A stretch of DNA of 64,000 nucleotides from assembly GCA_965224705.1 (NCBI GenBank), contig OZ245056.1:1472001-1536000 (forward strand), written 5' to 3'. This DNA is from Spirochaetaceae bacterium. GTDB lineage: Bacteria > Spirochaetota > Spirochaetia > DSM-2461. The notes beneath the pieces were generated by a model, which ran no database searches, was not told the DNA's origin, and saw nothing but the letters and a program-made list of their open reading frames with translations. Both the position numbers and the translations under genes were made by a program. Positions 41,553 through 50,411 of the stretch are shown here, piece by piece (the stretch's first letter is position 1; each line of letters begins with the position of its first letter).

Positions 41553-43760
41553 CACTGAAAACTATCGGCTCGCAATCCCGCTAGAACAAAAAGCCGGTCT
41601 GGATCTGGAATATGCCGGTGGGGATAAATTCAGAATAGCTAAGGCCATACAAAATAGAAAGCGCACCGCCGATGTCGATGAACCAGCGTTTCACCGGGGC
41701 TATCCGCACACCCAGCCCTAAATCCAAAGGCACAGACATAGAAAAACCTCCCCCCGAAAAGTAGGCAATTCCAAGATCCGAATATCCATACACATTCACC
41801 GGGATGGCCCAGGCGGTTTTGTAGCGAACGCCTGTAGAGAATCCCACCCAGGGGTTGTCGGTGTAGGGGTAGGAGAATCTGGTGTCGGTGTAGGTGGAGG
41901 TGCCTGCTGAGAAACCCATAGTCCAGGCCCAGTTCCGGCTGAAGTTGCGGGCATAATGGATGCTTCCTCCAACGATGGATGAGAATGAGTCTGATGTGTA
42001 TGAGAAATCACTCCTGGCGACAAAGCCGACAGACAACTCATGGGACTTGCTGCTTCCCACCAGTTTGCCGGATCTGCCCTTATTCTGCCTTACCTCCCCG
42101 GTGAAGCTGCCCTCCGGCAGGGAGATGCGGGCATCGCCCACCGCTGCTCCCACTTTTTTGCGCCCCTCCACATACACGTCCTCCAGAACAATGTCTGTTA
42201 TGCGGGCCTTATTGCCGGTTCTACCGAACAGCCCCACGTGGTCTTCGGCGGGGCGGGAGATGTAGAGGCGGCTGATACTGTGACCGCTGCCGTCAAAGGT
42301 GCCGGTGAATTCTTTCGCACCGCTCCGGCTATGACCTATGGGTTGGAAGTTGTGATCACCCAGGCCATCGCCATCGGCATCGGGGAAGCTGATATCGGCC
42401 ATCTGGGTGTAGGCCCCCGCCGTGTTCTGCCGCATGGCCTGCAGATCCTGCCAGGCATATATCTCCGATGGGCGGTAGGAAAGCGCGAATTCGCGGCTGT
42501 CGGAGCCGCGGGATAGGACAAGCACCACCGCACTGCGGCCCTGCACCGTGGAGGTGAAGTCTGTTATGTCTTTTGCAAAGAGCTGGAACCGTCCATCCAG
42601 AATTGTTTGGGAGCCGCTTGCACCGCCCAGCTGCCACTGATAGCTGCCGCCGGGTACCGGAGCTGCCGTAATCACGGGTGTTCCGGCGAGAGCGGGGTCT
42701 TTTATTGCCTGACCCAGGATGCTGTGCTCGCCGGAGTAGGTGCTTAAAACCGCCTCGTCCAGCGATGAGGCGGCGGTGTAGGCGGGCAGATCCGGCCTGT
42801 TACCGTCCAGGGCCGCTGCCAGGCTGGGCGTACCCGTCGGATCGCCAAAGAAGAAATTTGATGTCATGCTGGAGTTGCGCCACGGCACCTGATTGCGGTT
42901 CATCCTGGTGGTTTCGGCAGTAACCAATTTCATCAGATCGTCCACTTCCAGCCCCGGCTCGCGGATGTAGCTCAGCAGGGCGGCGGTGAAAAAGCCGTTC
43001 CTGCCAGCGGGATTGTCACCTGCTGTCTTGCCGGGCGAGGTGGAATAGATGATCATGGACTCGGGCGGCTGAACACGGACGATGGCCAGGCCCTTCTCGC
43101 CGCTTCGGGCATAGCCGGGGTAGGGGTTGTCGCGGCAGGAATCCAGGATGATAATGTTCTTCTGGTTTCTGGACTGCTCCATCTTGCTCATCAGCAGATC
43201 CACCGGCACGCCAAAGTACTCCAACTCGTCCTGGCTTTGAATGTCGGCATCAACCGGGATGATGTAGTTCTGGCCGCTTACCTGGGCACCGTGGCCGGAG
43301 TAGTAGAACAGGCCGGTGGAATCCCTGTTCAGGCTGTTGCCAAAGTCGCGCACTGCCTGGATGGTTTGCCTCTTGTCGGCATCCACCAGAGTGGTAACGC
43401 TGAACCCCAACTCCGTTAAAACCGCCGACATGTCGGCGGCATCGTTGACGGGGTTCTTCAGCGGATTGGAGGTGTAGGCACTGTTGCCTATCACCAGGGC
43501 CAGCCGCTCCTGGGCGAACAAAGCCGTGCACATCAGAGACAGTAATGTCAGTAAGAAGCATTTTTTCATCATAGCAATCCTTTGTATCGCAATTCACCTG
43601 AACGGAACTGGTTTTCAGTCACACCCCAATTCTTACACACTGTTGAAGAACTGTTATAGGAGGCCGCTAAAAACGGTTTTGCGCCCCGATCAATCTATTA
43701 GCATGCATCAAATAGAATTATTACGCAACCCGGAATCTCTCTTCGTCCAGGGCAATCTCA
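41553..43760. repeat. Duplication unit B, copy 2
   Basis: Direct repeat of 37408-39571. Confidence 0.95.
41581..43572 (-). CDS. Secreted caspase-family protease + GLUG-like domain + beta-barrel, copy 2
   Basis: Caspase domain identical in protein sequence to copy 1; barrel loops differ. Confidence 0.85.
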   Translation of the reverse strand: MMKKCFLLTLLSLMCTALFAQERLALVIGNSAYTSNPLKNPVNDAADMSAVLTELGFSVTTLVDADKRQTIQAVRDFGNSLNRDSTGLFYYSGHGAQVSGQNYIIPVDADIQSQDELEYFGVPVDLLMSKMEQSRNQKNIIILDSCRDNPYPGYARSGEKGLAIVRVQPPESMIIYSTSPGKTAGDNPAGRNGFFTAALLSYIREPGLEVDDLMKLVTAETTRMNRNQVPWRNSSMTSNFFFGDPTGTPSLAAALDGNRPDLPAYTAASSLDEAVLSTYSGEHSILGQAIKDPALAGTPVITAAPVPGGSYQWQLGGASGSQTILDGRFQLFAKDITDFTSTVQGRSAVVLVLSRGSDSREFALSYRPSEIYAWQDLQAMRQNTAGAYTQMADISFPDADGDGLGDHNFQPIGHSRSGAKEFTGTFDGSGHSISRLYISRPAEDHVGLFGRTGNKARITDIVLEDVYVEGRKKVGAAVGDARISLPEGSFTGEVRQNKGRSGKLVGSSKSHELSVGFVARSDFSYTSDSFSSIVGGSIHYARNFSRNWAWTMGFSAGTSTYTDTRFSYPYTDNPWVGFSTGVRYKTAWAIPVNVYGYSDLGIAYFSGGGFSMSVPLDLGLGVRIAPVKRWFIDIGGALSILYGLSYSEFIPTGIFQIQTGFLF

Positions 43761-43968
43761 TTCTATCCCCACAAGGATAAAAAAACTGATTCTGGGGGAT
43801 CGAATGAAGTTTTCTTCAATAGTAGGAGTTTGTCAACTTTTCGTTATCGTTGTGAGGGGAATAATCACCTTGAACACTCTGCGCTCTCTGCGTCCTCTGC
43901 GGTTAAAAAACCATGGTAAGAAATTACCTTAAACACTCTGGTTAGTGGATTTCAGATGCGATTGCCCT
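43749..43968. mobile_element. MITE family B
   Basis: TIR AGGGCAATC(G/T)CAT / AGATGCGATTGCCCT; inverted homolog at 54702-54913. Confidence 0.85.
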
Positions 43969-44024
43969 GGCCCGGTGAAGAAAAGCGCACAGCACGCGGC
44001 CAATTCCTCCTTCCCGGCGATCTG

Positions 44025-46850
44025 TCAGTCCTGCTTGCCGGGCGGGATATTGGCCGTGAGATAATCGTGTATTCTGCGGTGAACCCGGGCCTCATTGAGC
44101 TGATATCCGAGGGACCGTATCTCCTGTTCGTCTTTTCTGTGGCGTGCGAGAATAACGGACAACTGAGCTTCCAGGGCCGTTCGTCTCCACATAGGATCGT
44201 CCATCCGTGCATTCAGCTCCGCAGCCCGGTTTTTTTCGTTTTCAATGTCTTCTGCAGTTACATAATCTGTGTATGGGTATGCCCCAAAGTCTTCTCTATA
44301 GTGGGGTGTCTCCAGAACCACATCCATGTCTGGTATGACTGTCCTGTTGTTTTTCTCTACCTGAAGCTTCAGCGTGAAAATCTCTTTGGATTTCACCTGG
44401 AATTCTACGAATCCTTTGTTGACGGGCAGGGAGACGAGATCTTTTTCCATGAAGTCAGTCAGGGAGGCCTTCTCGGCGGCATAAGAGGTTTGGAACGCGA
44501 CTTTCGTCGTTTTGTCGGAGAGATTCACGCCCCGAACGATCAGCCCACTGCCGTCTTCGCTGCGTTTGATGCCGGTGACTTTGACACATCCGGCACTGTC
44601 TTTCAGGCTAAACCAGGACTGCTCGCTGCCCAGAGGTCCATCGTGGGCAACGGAGGATATCACGATCACATCGTTGTTGAACTCATCCGCCTGGGCCGTA
44701 ATCCCGGAGTAGGCGTCCCCGGTATGGGGACAGACGGCGTATTCGAAGGTCATTTCCCGCAGACACTGGGCGTCGGGGGTGTAAATCTCGGGGCCGGCAT
44801 CTCCAATTCTTGTGTTGATTTTTTTGGCAATCCAGCCAACGGAACGGAACAGGGTAAGAGCTGCAGTGCCGCCGTCGACAATCTGATACTCCGGCAGACC
44901 TTTGCTGAAGACAGCCATTCCCTCCCGGCCATCGTTCAAGTCCAGAAATTCCCTTGTGTGGAAATAGGTTGACGGCTCGGATTCCCGGGCCCCCACAATC
45001 ACTTTTGCCACATGTTCCGGGACTTCTTCGCTGTATTGGGTTCTATGAATCGGCCGTTCGGTAATGTCGAAGGGGCTGGCGGCAAAGGCCGTTTCCGCCT
45101 TGAATCCCGTCGGAAAGAGAGTCCTCACCCGATGATCTTTCACGGTATTCTTGAGACAGGTGCGGCATTTCACCACCGGGGAATCCGCTTCAACGGTGTA
45201 GTAGCTCACCACGGGCATTGCCGCAGTTTCACGGCTCCGTTCCGTGTGGCTGTTGGTATCCGAGACCGGAAGATCCATCTGGTAGGATACTTTGAAACAA
45301 GCTTCCCACGGGGTATCCCTCAGCAGCGAAATCCGGGCCTTTGCACATTCCGTGGTAATCACCCGGTCTTTATCGGGATAGGAGTAATTGTATTCGTCCC
45401 CGGAATCACCCATGTCCTCCAGAATCCCGAGATTTCGATAACTTCGGTGAGTCTCCTTGAAATAAAGGTTGAATGAGCCGTTGTCGTTCAAGACAAAGCG
45501 AATCCGGCTGTTTTCCGAGAATCGGGGGCCGGTTTTCAGCGGTTCATTGACTGAATCCTGTTCAGTCACCACCTTGAAGCCCATGGCCGGAATGTTTCGG
45601 ACGAAGCGCGACTCGCCCTTCCACTGGACAACGGCACTGCGCTGCCGAAGCATTGTGTTGAAGACGATCATGGCTTCATGCCCAGAGGCCGAGGAAGTAT
45701 CCGCCAGGGCGGCAATGGTGGAGAGCTTGTCCTCCAGCAATGAGTGGGCAAGTTGGTGAACCTGACGGTTTCGCTGCTCCATATCGAGGTGAACGTTGTC
45801 AATGCTAACCCCGCAGATGCTGTCATGGGGGTGGTTTTTCAATAGGAGTTTCCAGGCCTGATCAATCTGGTTTTTTCCGTAGTCATCTCCCAACTGACTG
45901 GCGAGCAGAGCCAGGGGTTCCACCCGCTGTTCAAGCAATTTCTGCATCTGGTCGTTCTGGATTTTCAGGTACATCCGGGAGGACATGACACCGGGAAACA
46001 CCGATATGAACCGGCCATCGTAGAGGGCCCCCGTCAGAACCGGTAGATCCGGCTTCTCGGCGGCAATGGCGCGAATGTAACTGTCGGGGTCGTTCTGAAT
46101 GGTTTCGTAGTTCTCGCCGTTGAGTTTGCCGGTTCGGATATAGGGCTGAATATCATCGGGAATCATCTCCTGATCGTATCCGTTCATCATCAGGAGATTG
46201 GAGGTGGTGGCAAAAGGTTTGAGTTTTTTCACCTCCATCTCCATCCGCTTCTGCATGATGTCGCCGTACTCTGCCAGTCTCATGACATTGCGATAGCTGT
46301 TCAGCAAGTAGATTGCAAGTATCTGGGTGCCATCGGGAGATTCCCAGAGGAATTCCGAGGTTACGTGCTGAGGATCCATGGCCACGCCTCTCCAGACGAA
46401 GAGTCCTTCGAGACCGGCCAGCTTATGGATTTGTGCCGTTTGGGAAATCTGGCCGAAGTTATCCAGCAGCCATCCCGATTTCATGCCTCCGCCGAGGGAG
46501 TCGGCAAGCTTCCCACCGATCAGAAGATTGCGTACCAGAGACTCCTCACTGAGAAGCTGCCAGTCGGGCTGCAGGTAGTAGGGGCCGATGAATAGAGCTT
46601 GCCGCTCAACATGGAACCTGAGTGTCCGTTTGGCATCGGAAACCGACATGCCGTTTTTTGAGAGTTCCTCGAAGTAGTCTTCAACCATGGACAATTGGCC
46701 GTCGAGGACAAACTTATAATCCGGTTCCTTCTTGAGCATGGAAAACAAACTGTCGAAGAATGGGATCAGCCATTCATTTGTGTAGGGACTGTTAAGATAC
46801 CACTCCCGATCCCAATGAGTGTGGGAAAGAATATGAGCTGTGTAGTTCAT
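44025..46850 (-). CDS. GH38 alpha-mannosidase / mannosylglycerate hydrolase-like
   Basis: SHTHWDREWY, FVLDGQ, GPYY.QPD, D.FGQ, NHPHDSICG, LTLFRSVGW. True start is ATG 46850. Confidence 0.9.
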   Translation of the reverse strand: MNYTAHILSHTHWDREWYLNSPYTNEWLIPFFDSLFSMLKKEPDYKFVLDGQLSMVEDYFEELSKNGMSVSDAKRTLRFHVERQALFIGPYYLQPDWQLLSEESLVRNLLIGGKLADSLGGGMKSGWLLDNFGQISQTAQIHKLAGLEGLFVWRGVAMDPQHVTSEFLWESPDGTQILAIYLLNSYRNVMRLAEYGDIMQKRMEMEVKKLKPFATTSNLLMMNGYDQEMIPDDIQPYIRTGKLNGENYETIQNDPDSYIRAIAAEKPDLPVLTGALYDGRFISVFPGVMSSRMYLKIQNDQMQKLLEQRVEPLALLASQLGDDYGKNQIDQAWKLLLKNHPHDSICGVSIDNVHLDMEQRNRQVHQLAHSLLEDKLSTIAALADTSSASGHEAMIVFNTMLRQRSAVVQWKGESRFVRNIPAMGFKVVTEQDSVNEPLKTGPRFSENSRIRFVLNDNGSFNLYFKETHRSYRNLGILEDMGDSGDEYNYSYPDKDRVITTECAKARISLLRDTPWEACFKVSYQMDLPVSDTNSHTERSRETAAMPVVSYYTVEADSPVVKCRTCLKNTVKDHRVRTLFPTGFKAETAFAASPFDITERPIHRTQYSEEVPEHVAKVIVGARESEPSTYFHTREFLDLNDGREGMAVFSKGLPEYQIVDGGTAALTLFRSVGWIAKKINTRIGDAGPEIYTPDAQCLREMTFEYAVCPHTGDAYSGITAQADEFNNDVIVISSVAHDGPLGSEQSWFSLKDSAGCVKVTGIKRSEDGSGLIVRGVNLSDKTTKVAFQTSYAAEKASLTDFMEKDLVSLPVNKGFVEFQVKSKEIFTLKLQVEKNNRTVIPDMDVVLETPHYREDFGAYPYTDYVTAEDIENEKNRAAELNARMDDPMWRRTALEAQLSVILARHRKDEQEIRSLGYQLNEARVHRRIHDYLTANIPPGKQD

Positions 46851-47013
46851 AGGCACCTCTAAAAAACCCGATTTCGGAATCTGGCGCAGAGATTTTTCAC
46901 TGATACAAGGCGACAAAAGCGGAGCGTAGCTGGGCTACGTGAGCATTTTGGCAACGCAGTAGCAGTGGTAAGGATCAAGCCAGAAACGGAATAGGTGTTT
47001 TTTAGAGGTACCT
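46851..47013. mobile_element. MITE family C (family-A core with different TIRs)
   Basis: AGGCACCTCTAAAAAAC / GTTTTTTAGAGGTACCT, with TCAT on both flanks. Confidence 0.88.
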
Positions 47014-47022
47014 TCATATGCT

Positions 47023-47973
47023 TTAGCCCTTAACTCCACCTTCGGATAGTCCGGAAACCATGTTCTTCGCCAGCATGAAGAAGAAGAGGATGATTGGAGC
47101 GAGGGTCATGGTGGATGCCGCCATGATGCGGTCCCAGATGCTGTTCTTCGAGTGAAAAAGGGCCTGAATGGCGACCGAAAGAGTCCGCATGTCGCTAAAG
47201 GGCTTGAGGAAGACCGATGCGTAGAGGTACTCGTTCCACGCAATAATGAAGCAGTAGACAAATACGGTGATCAACACCGGCCTGGAGAGAGGAACGACAA
47301 TCTTCACGATTATCTGCAATCTCCCGTATCCGTCGATCAGTGCCGCCTCTTCAATGGACTTTGAAATACCGCGGAAGTAGTTACCCAGCATATACAGTGC
47401 GAGGGGGAGGGTTTGCATAATGTAGATGAGAATCATGTAAATGAAGACACCTACAGGACTTTTTGTGAATCCCAGAGACGTTCCCATTTGGTAGAGGGGA
47501 ACCATGAGAATCACTCCCCCAAGGAGATAGACGAATAAGGTGCCCCGTCTGAGCAGGGCTCGGCCCCGGAATTCCAGTCGGGCCAGCGCGTAGGCCGCAA
47601 ATACCGCGAGAGTCATAGAGAACATGGTCGCGGCGATAGAAAGGACGAAGGAGTTCAGCATGTAGCGGGGGAAGGGAAAAGGATTCTTGTCCTGGTATTT
47701 CTCCATAAGGAGCTGCCGCTGTTCCTCCGTTAGCCTGGGATTGTCCAGTATTGCCTTGATCGCCTCGTTCTGGGCTGCGTCGATTGGTTTAAATCCCAGG
47801 ATTTCCTTGTATGAATCCCATCTGACTTTTGAGGGTATCAGCGAAGGATTGGCCATGTCCTGAACATCTTTCAGGGAAACCGAGATAATCTGCAGGAACG
47901 GGAAAAGGCAGAAAAGGACGATGGCGATGACGGCCGCTCCCACCAGCGTGTTATTGACAATTCTTTTCATCAT
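47023..47973 (-). CDS. Carbohydrate ABC permease (MalG-like)
   Basis: EEAALIDG, AWNEY motifs. Confidence 0.92.
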   Translation of the reverse strand: MMKRIVNNTLVGAAVIAIVLFCLFPFLQIISVSLKDVQDMANPSLIPSKVRWDSYKEILGFKPIDAAQNEAIKAILDNPRLTEEQRQLLMEKYQDKNPFPFPRYMLNSFVLSIAATMFSMTLAVFAAYALARLEFRGRALLRRGTLFVYLLGGVILMVPLYQMGTSLGFTKSPVGVFIYMILIYIMQTLPLALYMLGNYFRGISKSIEEAALIDGYGRLQIIVKIVVPLSRPVLITVFVYCFIIAWNEYLYASVFLKPFSDMRTLSVAIQALFHSKNSIWDRIMAASTMTLAPIILFFFMLAKNMVSGLSEGGVKG

Positions 47974-47977
47974 GTGC

Positions 47978-48847
47978 CTACCACTTCAGAATCTTTTTGA
48001 TGTAATAAACGATGCCGATACCAACCAGCGCCAATTGAATGAACGCGGCCGCAGCGGCCAATCCCTGATCAATCACACCCGCGAATGCCTGCTCATAAAT
48101 GAATACCGATAGAGTCTTGATTTGGGGCGAAAGGAGGTAGATATCCTCGAAGCGATTCAGGTTCCAGATTATTCTCAAAAGAATGGTTGTCCCCAGAACG
48201 AATTCGATTTCCGGCAGGGTGATTTTCCAGAAGCACTGCCACGAGTTGGCCCCATCAATTCTCGCCGCTTCGTACATGCTCTTGTCGATGATTTGTAATC
48301 GGGAAAGGACGAGCAGGTAGGTGATGGGGAAGTATTTCCACGTTGTAAATGCGATCAAAACCCAGAGGACCGATTCGGGATCTCCGATCAGATTCGTATC
48401 CGGGCTGATCAGGTGCAGCTTGTCGGCAAAAATGAAATTGAAAATTCCATTCACGGGGTCGAAAATAAACTGCCATCCAAACACCATGGAGATTACCGGC
48501 GCGAAGTAGGGCAGTATAATGAGGGTTCGGGCCAGGGAGCGCAGGGGAAAGGTCCTGTTCATCAGAAGTGCTGTCCCCAGCCCGAGGAGTGTCGATCCCG
48601 CTACCGATCCAAGGAGGAACAGAAGTGTCGTCCAGAGCGAACCGTAGTATCTGGGGTTCGACAAAAGGTTTTTGTAATTACTCAGCCCGATGAAGGTTCG
48701 AGTTCCGTCGAGTTTGACATCGAAAAAGCTCAGGATGAAATTAAGAACTGTCGGGTAGGCGATGAGAATACTGACGACCAGAACGGCTGGCGCAACCAGT
48801 CCCCAGGCCATTCTTTCGTCTTTTCTTCCTGCTGTCCCGACAGTCAT
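47978..48847 (-). CDS. Carbohydrate ABC permease (MalF-like)
   Basis: FIGLSNY, YEAARIDGA; start at 48847. Confidence 0.92.
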   Translation of the reverse strand: MTVGTAGRKDERMAWGLVAPAVLVVSILIAYPTVLNFILSFFDVKLDGTRTFIGLSNYKNLLSNPRYYGSLWTTLLFLLGSVAGSTLLGLGTALLMNRTFPLRSLARTLIILPYFAPVISMVFGWQFIFDPVNGIFNFIFADKLHLISPDTNLIGDPESVLWVLIAFTTWKYFPITYLLVLSRLQIIDKSMYEAARIDGANSWQCFWKITLPEIEFVLGTTILLRIIWNLNRFEDIYLLSPQIKTLSVFIYEQAFAGVIDQGLAAAAAFIQLALVGIGIVYYIKKILKW

Positions 48848-48857
48848 CTGCTTGCTC

Positions 48858-50243
48858 CTATTGTTCGAGTAGGCGGGCCATTTCTTTCGCGGCGGCGGCA
48901 ATTTCAGCGTCGATGTCTTTGTTCTCAATTGTAATACTGTAAAGCATCTGAGCCAGAATATTTTTGGAGAGAATGGTTGCGGATTCGGGTAAGACGATTC
49001 CATCTTTCTCCAGGAAGTCCTGGATGTTTCCCAGGCCGCTGGCAATCTCCATGATTTTGTCTCTTCCATAGCGGGAGTACACGCCCTTGGGGTCGTCCAG
49101 GAACGCATCCGACTTCAATACGGCGTTTGTCGTCGGCAGGAGTCCGCCGGGCTGAATATGAACATAGGGGATGTAATTTTCCTCGGCCATGAAGTACTCG
49201 GCAAGTCTCTTGGCAGCGGCGGTTTTCGCTTCGTCCCCGGTCTTCAGCACACTCAGCGACATTATCTCGCCGTATCCTGTACTGTCGGAATTGGAAATAG
49301 TGGAAATGAAACCGGTGTTGTTCACGAGATTCTCATCAAACTCGCCGCCTTCAAGGTCGGAAAAATTCTCGGAAGAGAGGGACGAAGCGGCGACTTCGGC
49401 GATGGACAGATCGTCCATGATGTAGGTGGAGTAGTAGAACATTGCCATCTTACCCTGAAGGTAGTAGTCCCGGGCTCTCCAGGTTTGGGGACCCGGCGGG
49501 GTATACTGAGAGAGTTCTTTGTAGTATTCGACAGTTTCCCGAAATTCCGGTGAAGAGAGGGCAAGATTGCCTTTAGAATCGAACAGATGGGCACCGTTGG
49601 CGGTGGCCAGATGGGTGAACACTTGCTGCGTGTAGTTTTCGGGTTTTGTGCCGATGAGGATGCCGTACTGTTTTTTGGCCGGATCGGTGAAGTATTCCGC
49701 GGCCTTGAGGATGGCATCCCAGGTGGTGGGCGGTTCAAGGCCGGCATCTTCAAACCAGTCGGTTCGGTACCAAAAACCCTGGGCCGTGAAATGGAAGGGG
49801 ATGCCGAAGAGGCGTCCGTCACCCATCCGCATCTTATCCACTGAACCGGGATAGAACGCGTTCTGACCAACGCTCTTGACGACTTCAGCGTTTGCCTCGG
49901 CGTTGACCAGGCCCTCTTCCAGGAAACTCATCGCGTAGAAACTCTGGATTTCAACCAGGTCGGGACGATTGGCTTCACCGGCGGCAGCCAGTTGGGCGGT
50001 AAATTCATTCTCTTCAACCGGCAGCATGGTGACTTTGATGTCGGGATTGAGAGTCTCGAAGACATCCAGGATCAGTTGAATTTGTTCCTGGCGTTCACTT
50101 TGGGTTTGTCGGGTCCAGAACTGGATCTCCACAGGCTCCTGGGCCTTGCCCGCATCTTCCGACGTGCCATTGCCGAACAGCATGCCCTGGATGGTGAGCA
50201 TGATAAGAGTCCAGAGAAAAGTGACCTTCATAAAACGTTTCAT
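48858..50243 (-). CDS. Sugar ABC solute-binding protein
   Basis: Signal peptide, WYRTDWF..AGLEPPTTWD; AGGAGG RBS. Confidence 0.9.
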   Translation of the reverse strand: MKRFMKVTFLWTLIMLTIQGMLFGNGTSEDAGKAQEPVEIQFWTRQTQSERQEQIQLILDVFETLNPDIKVTMLPVEENEFTAQLAAAGEANRPDLVEIQSFYAMSFLEEGLVNAEANAEVVKSVGQNAFYPGSVDKMRMGDGRLFGIPFHFTAQGFWYRTDWFEDAGLEPPTTWDAILKAAEYFTDPAKKQYGILIGTKPENYTQQVFTHLATANGAHLFDSKGNLALSSPEFRETVEYYKELSQYTPPGPQTWRARDYYLQGKMAMFYYSTYIMDDLSIAEVAASSLSSENFSDLEGGEFDENLVNNTGFISTISNSDSTGYGEIMSLSVLKTGDEAKTAAAKRLAEYFMAEENYIPYVHIQPGGLLPTTNAVLKSDAFLDDPKGVYSRYGRDKIMEIASGLGNIQDFLEKDGIVLPESATILSKNILAQMLYSITIENKDIDAEIAAAAKEMARLLEQ

Positions 50244-50260
50244 TAGAACCTCCTTTAATT

Positions 50261-50275
50261 AATGCAAATTGCATT
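50261..50275. promoter_or_regulatory. LacI-type operator 1
   Basis: Palindrome AATGCAA-A-TTGCATT in the divergent intergenic region. Confidence 0.7.
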
Positions 50276-50370
50276 CAAATTATGCAATTAAGATAGTAGC
50301 GGGCAAGTTTCTTGCTGTCAAACAAAATATAGGAATCTGTTGCAAATTTTTCCGAAATGCATTAAAATTG

Positions 50371-50385
50371 TATGCAATTTGCATA
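50371..50385. promoter_or_regulatory. LacI-type operator 2
   Basis: Palindrome TATGCAA-T-TTGCATA. Confidence 0.7.
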
Positions 50386-50411
50386 AAACAGTCGTGCCGA
50401 GGAGTTTTTTC

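Noticed and set aside
37436..43572. Diversity-generating retroelement acting on the caspase-barrel C-terminus
   Set aside because: Differences include indels and non-adenine changes, both copies are full genes, no template repeat is visible, and the only RT remnant is a group II intron maturase fragment.
43956..44972. Long antisense ORFs (also 52503-53411, 8965-9762, 40770-41528, 55605-56300)
   Set aside because: They are shadow frames opposite well-supported genes and carry no recognisable motifs.
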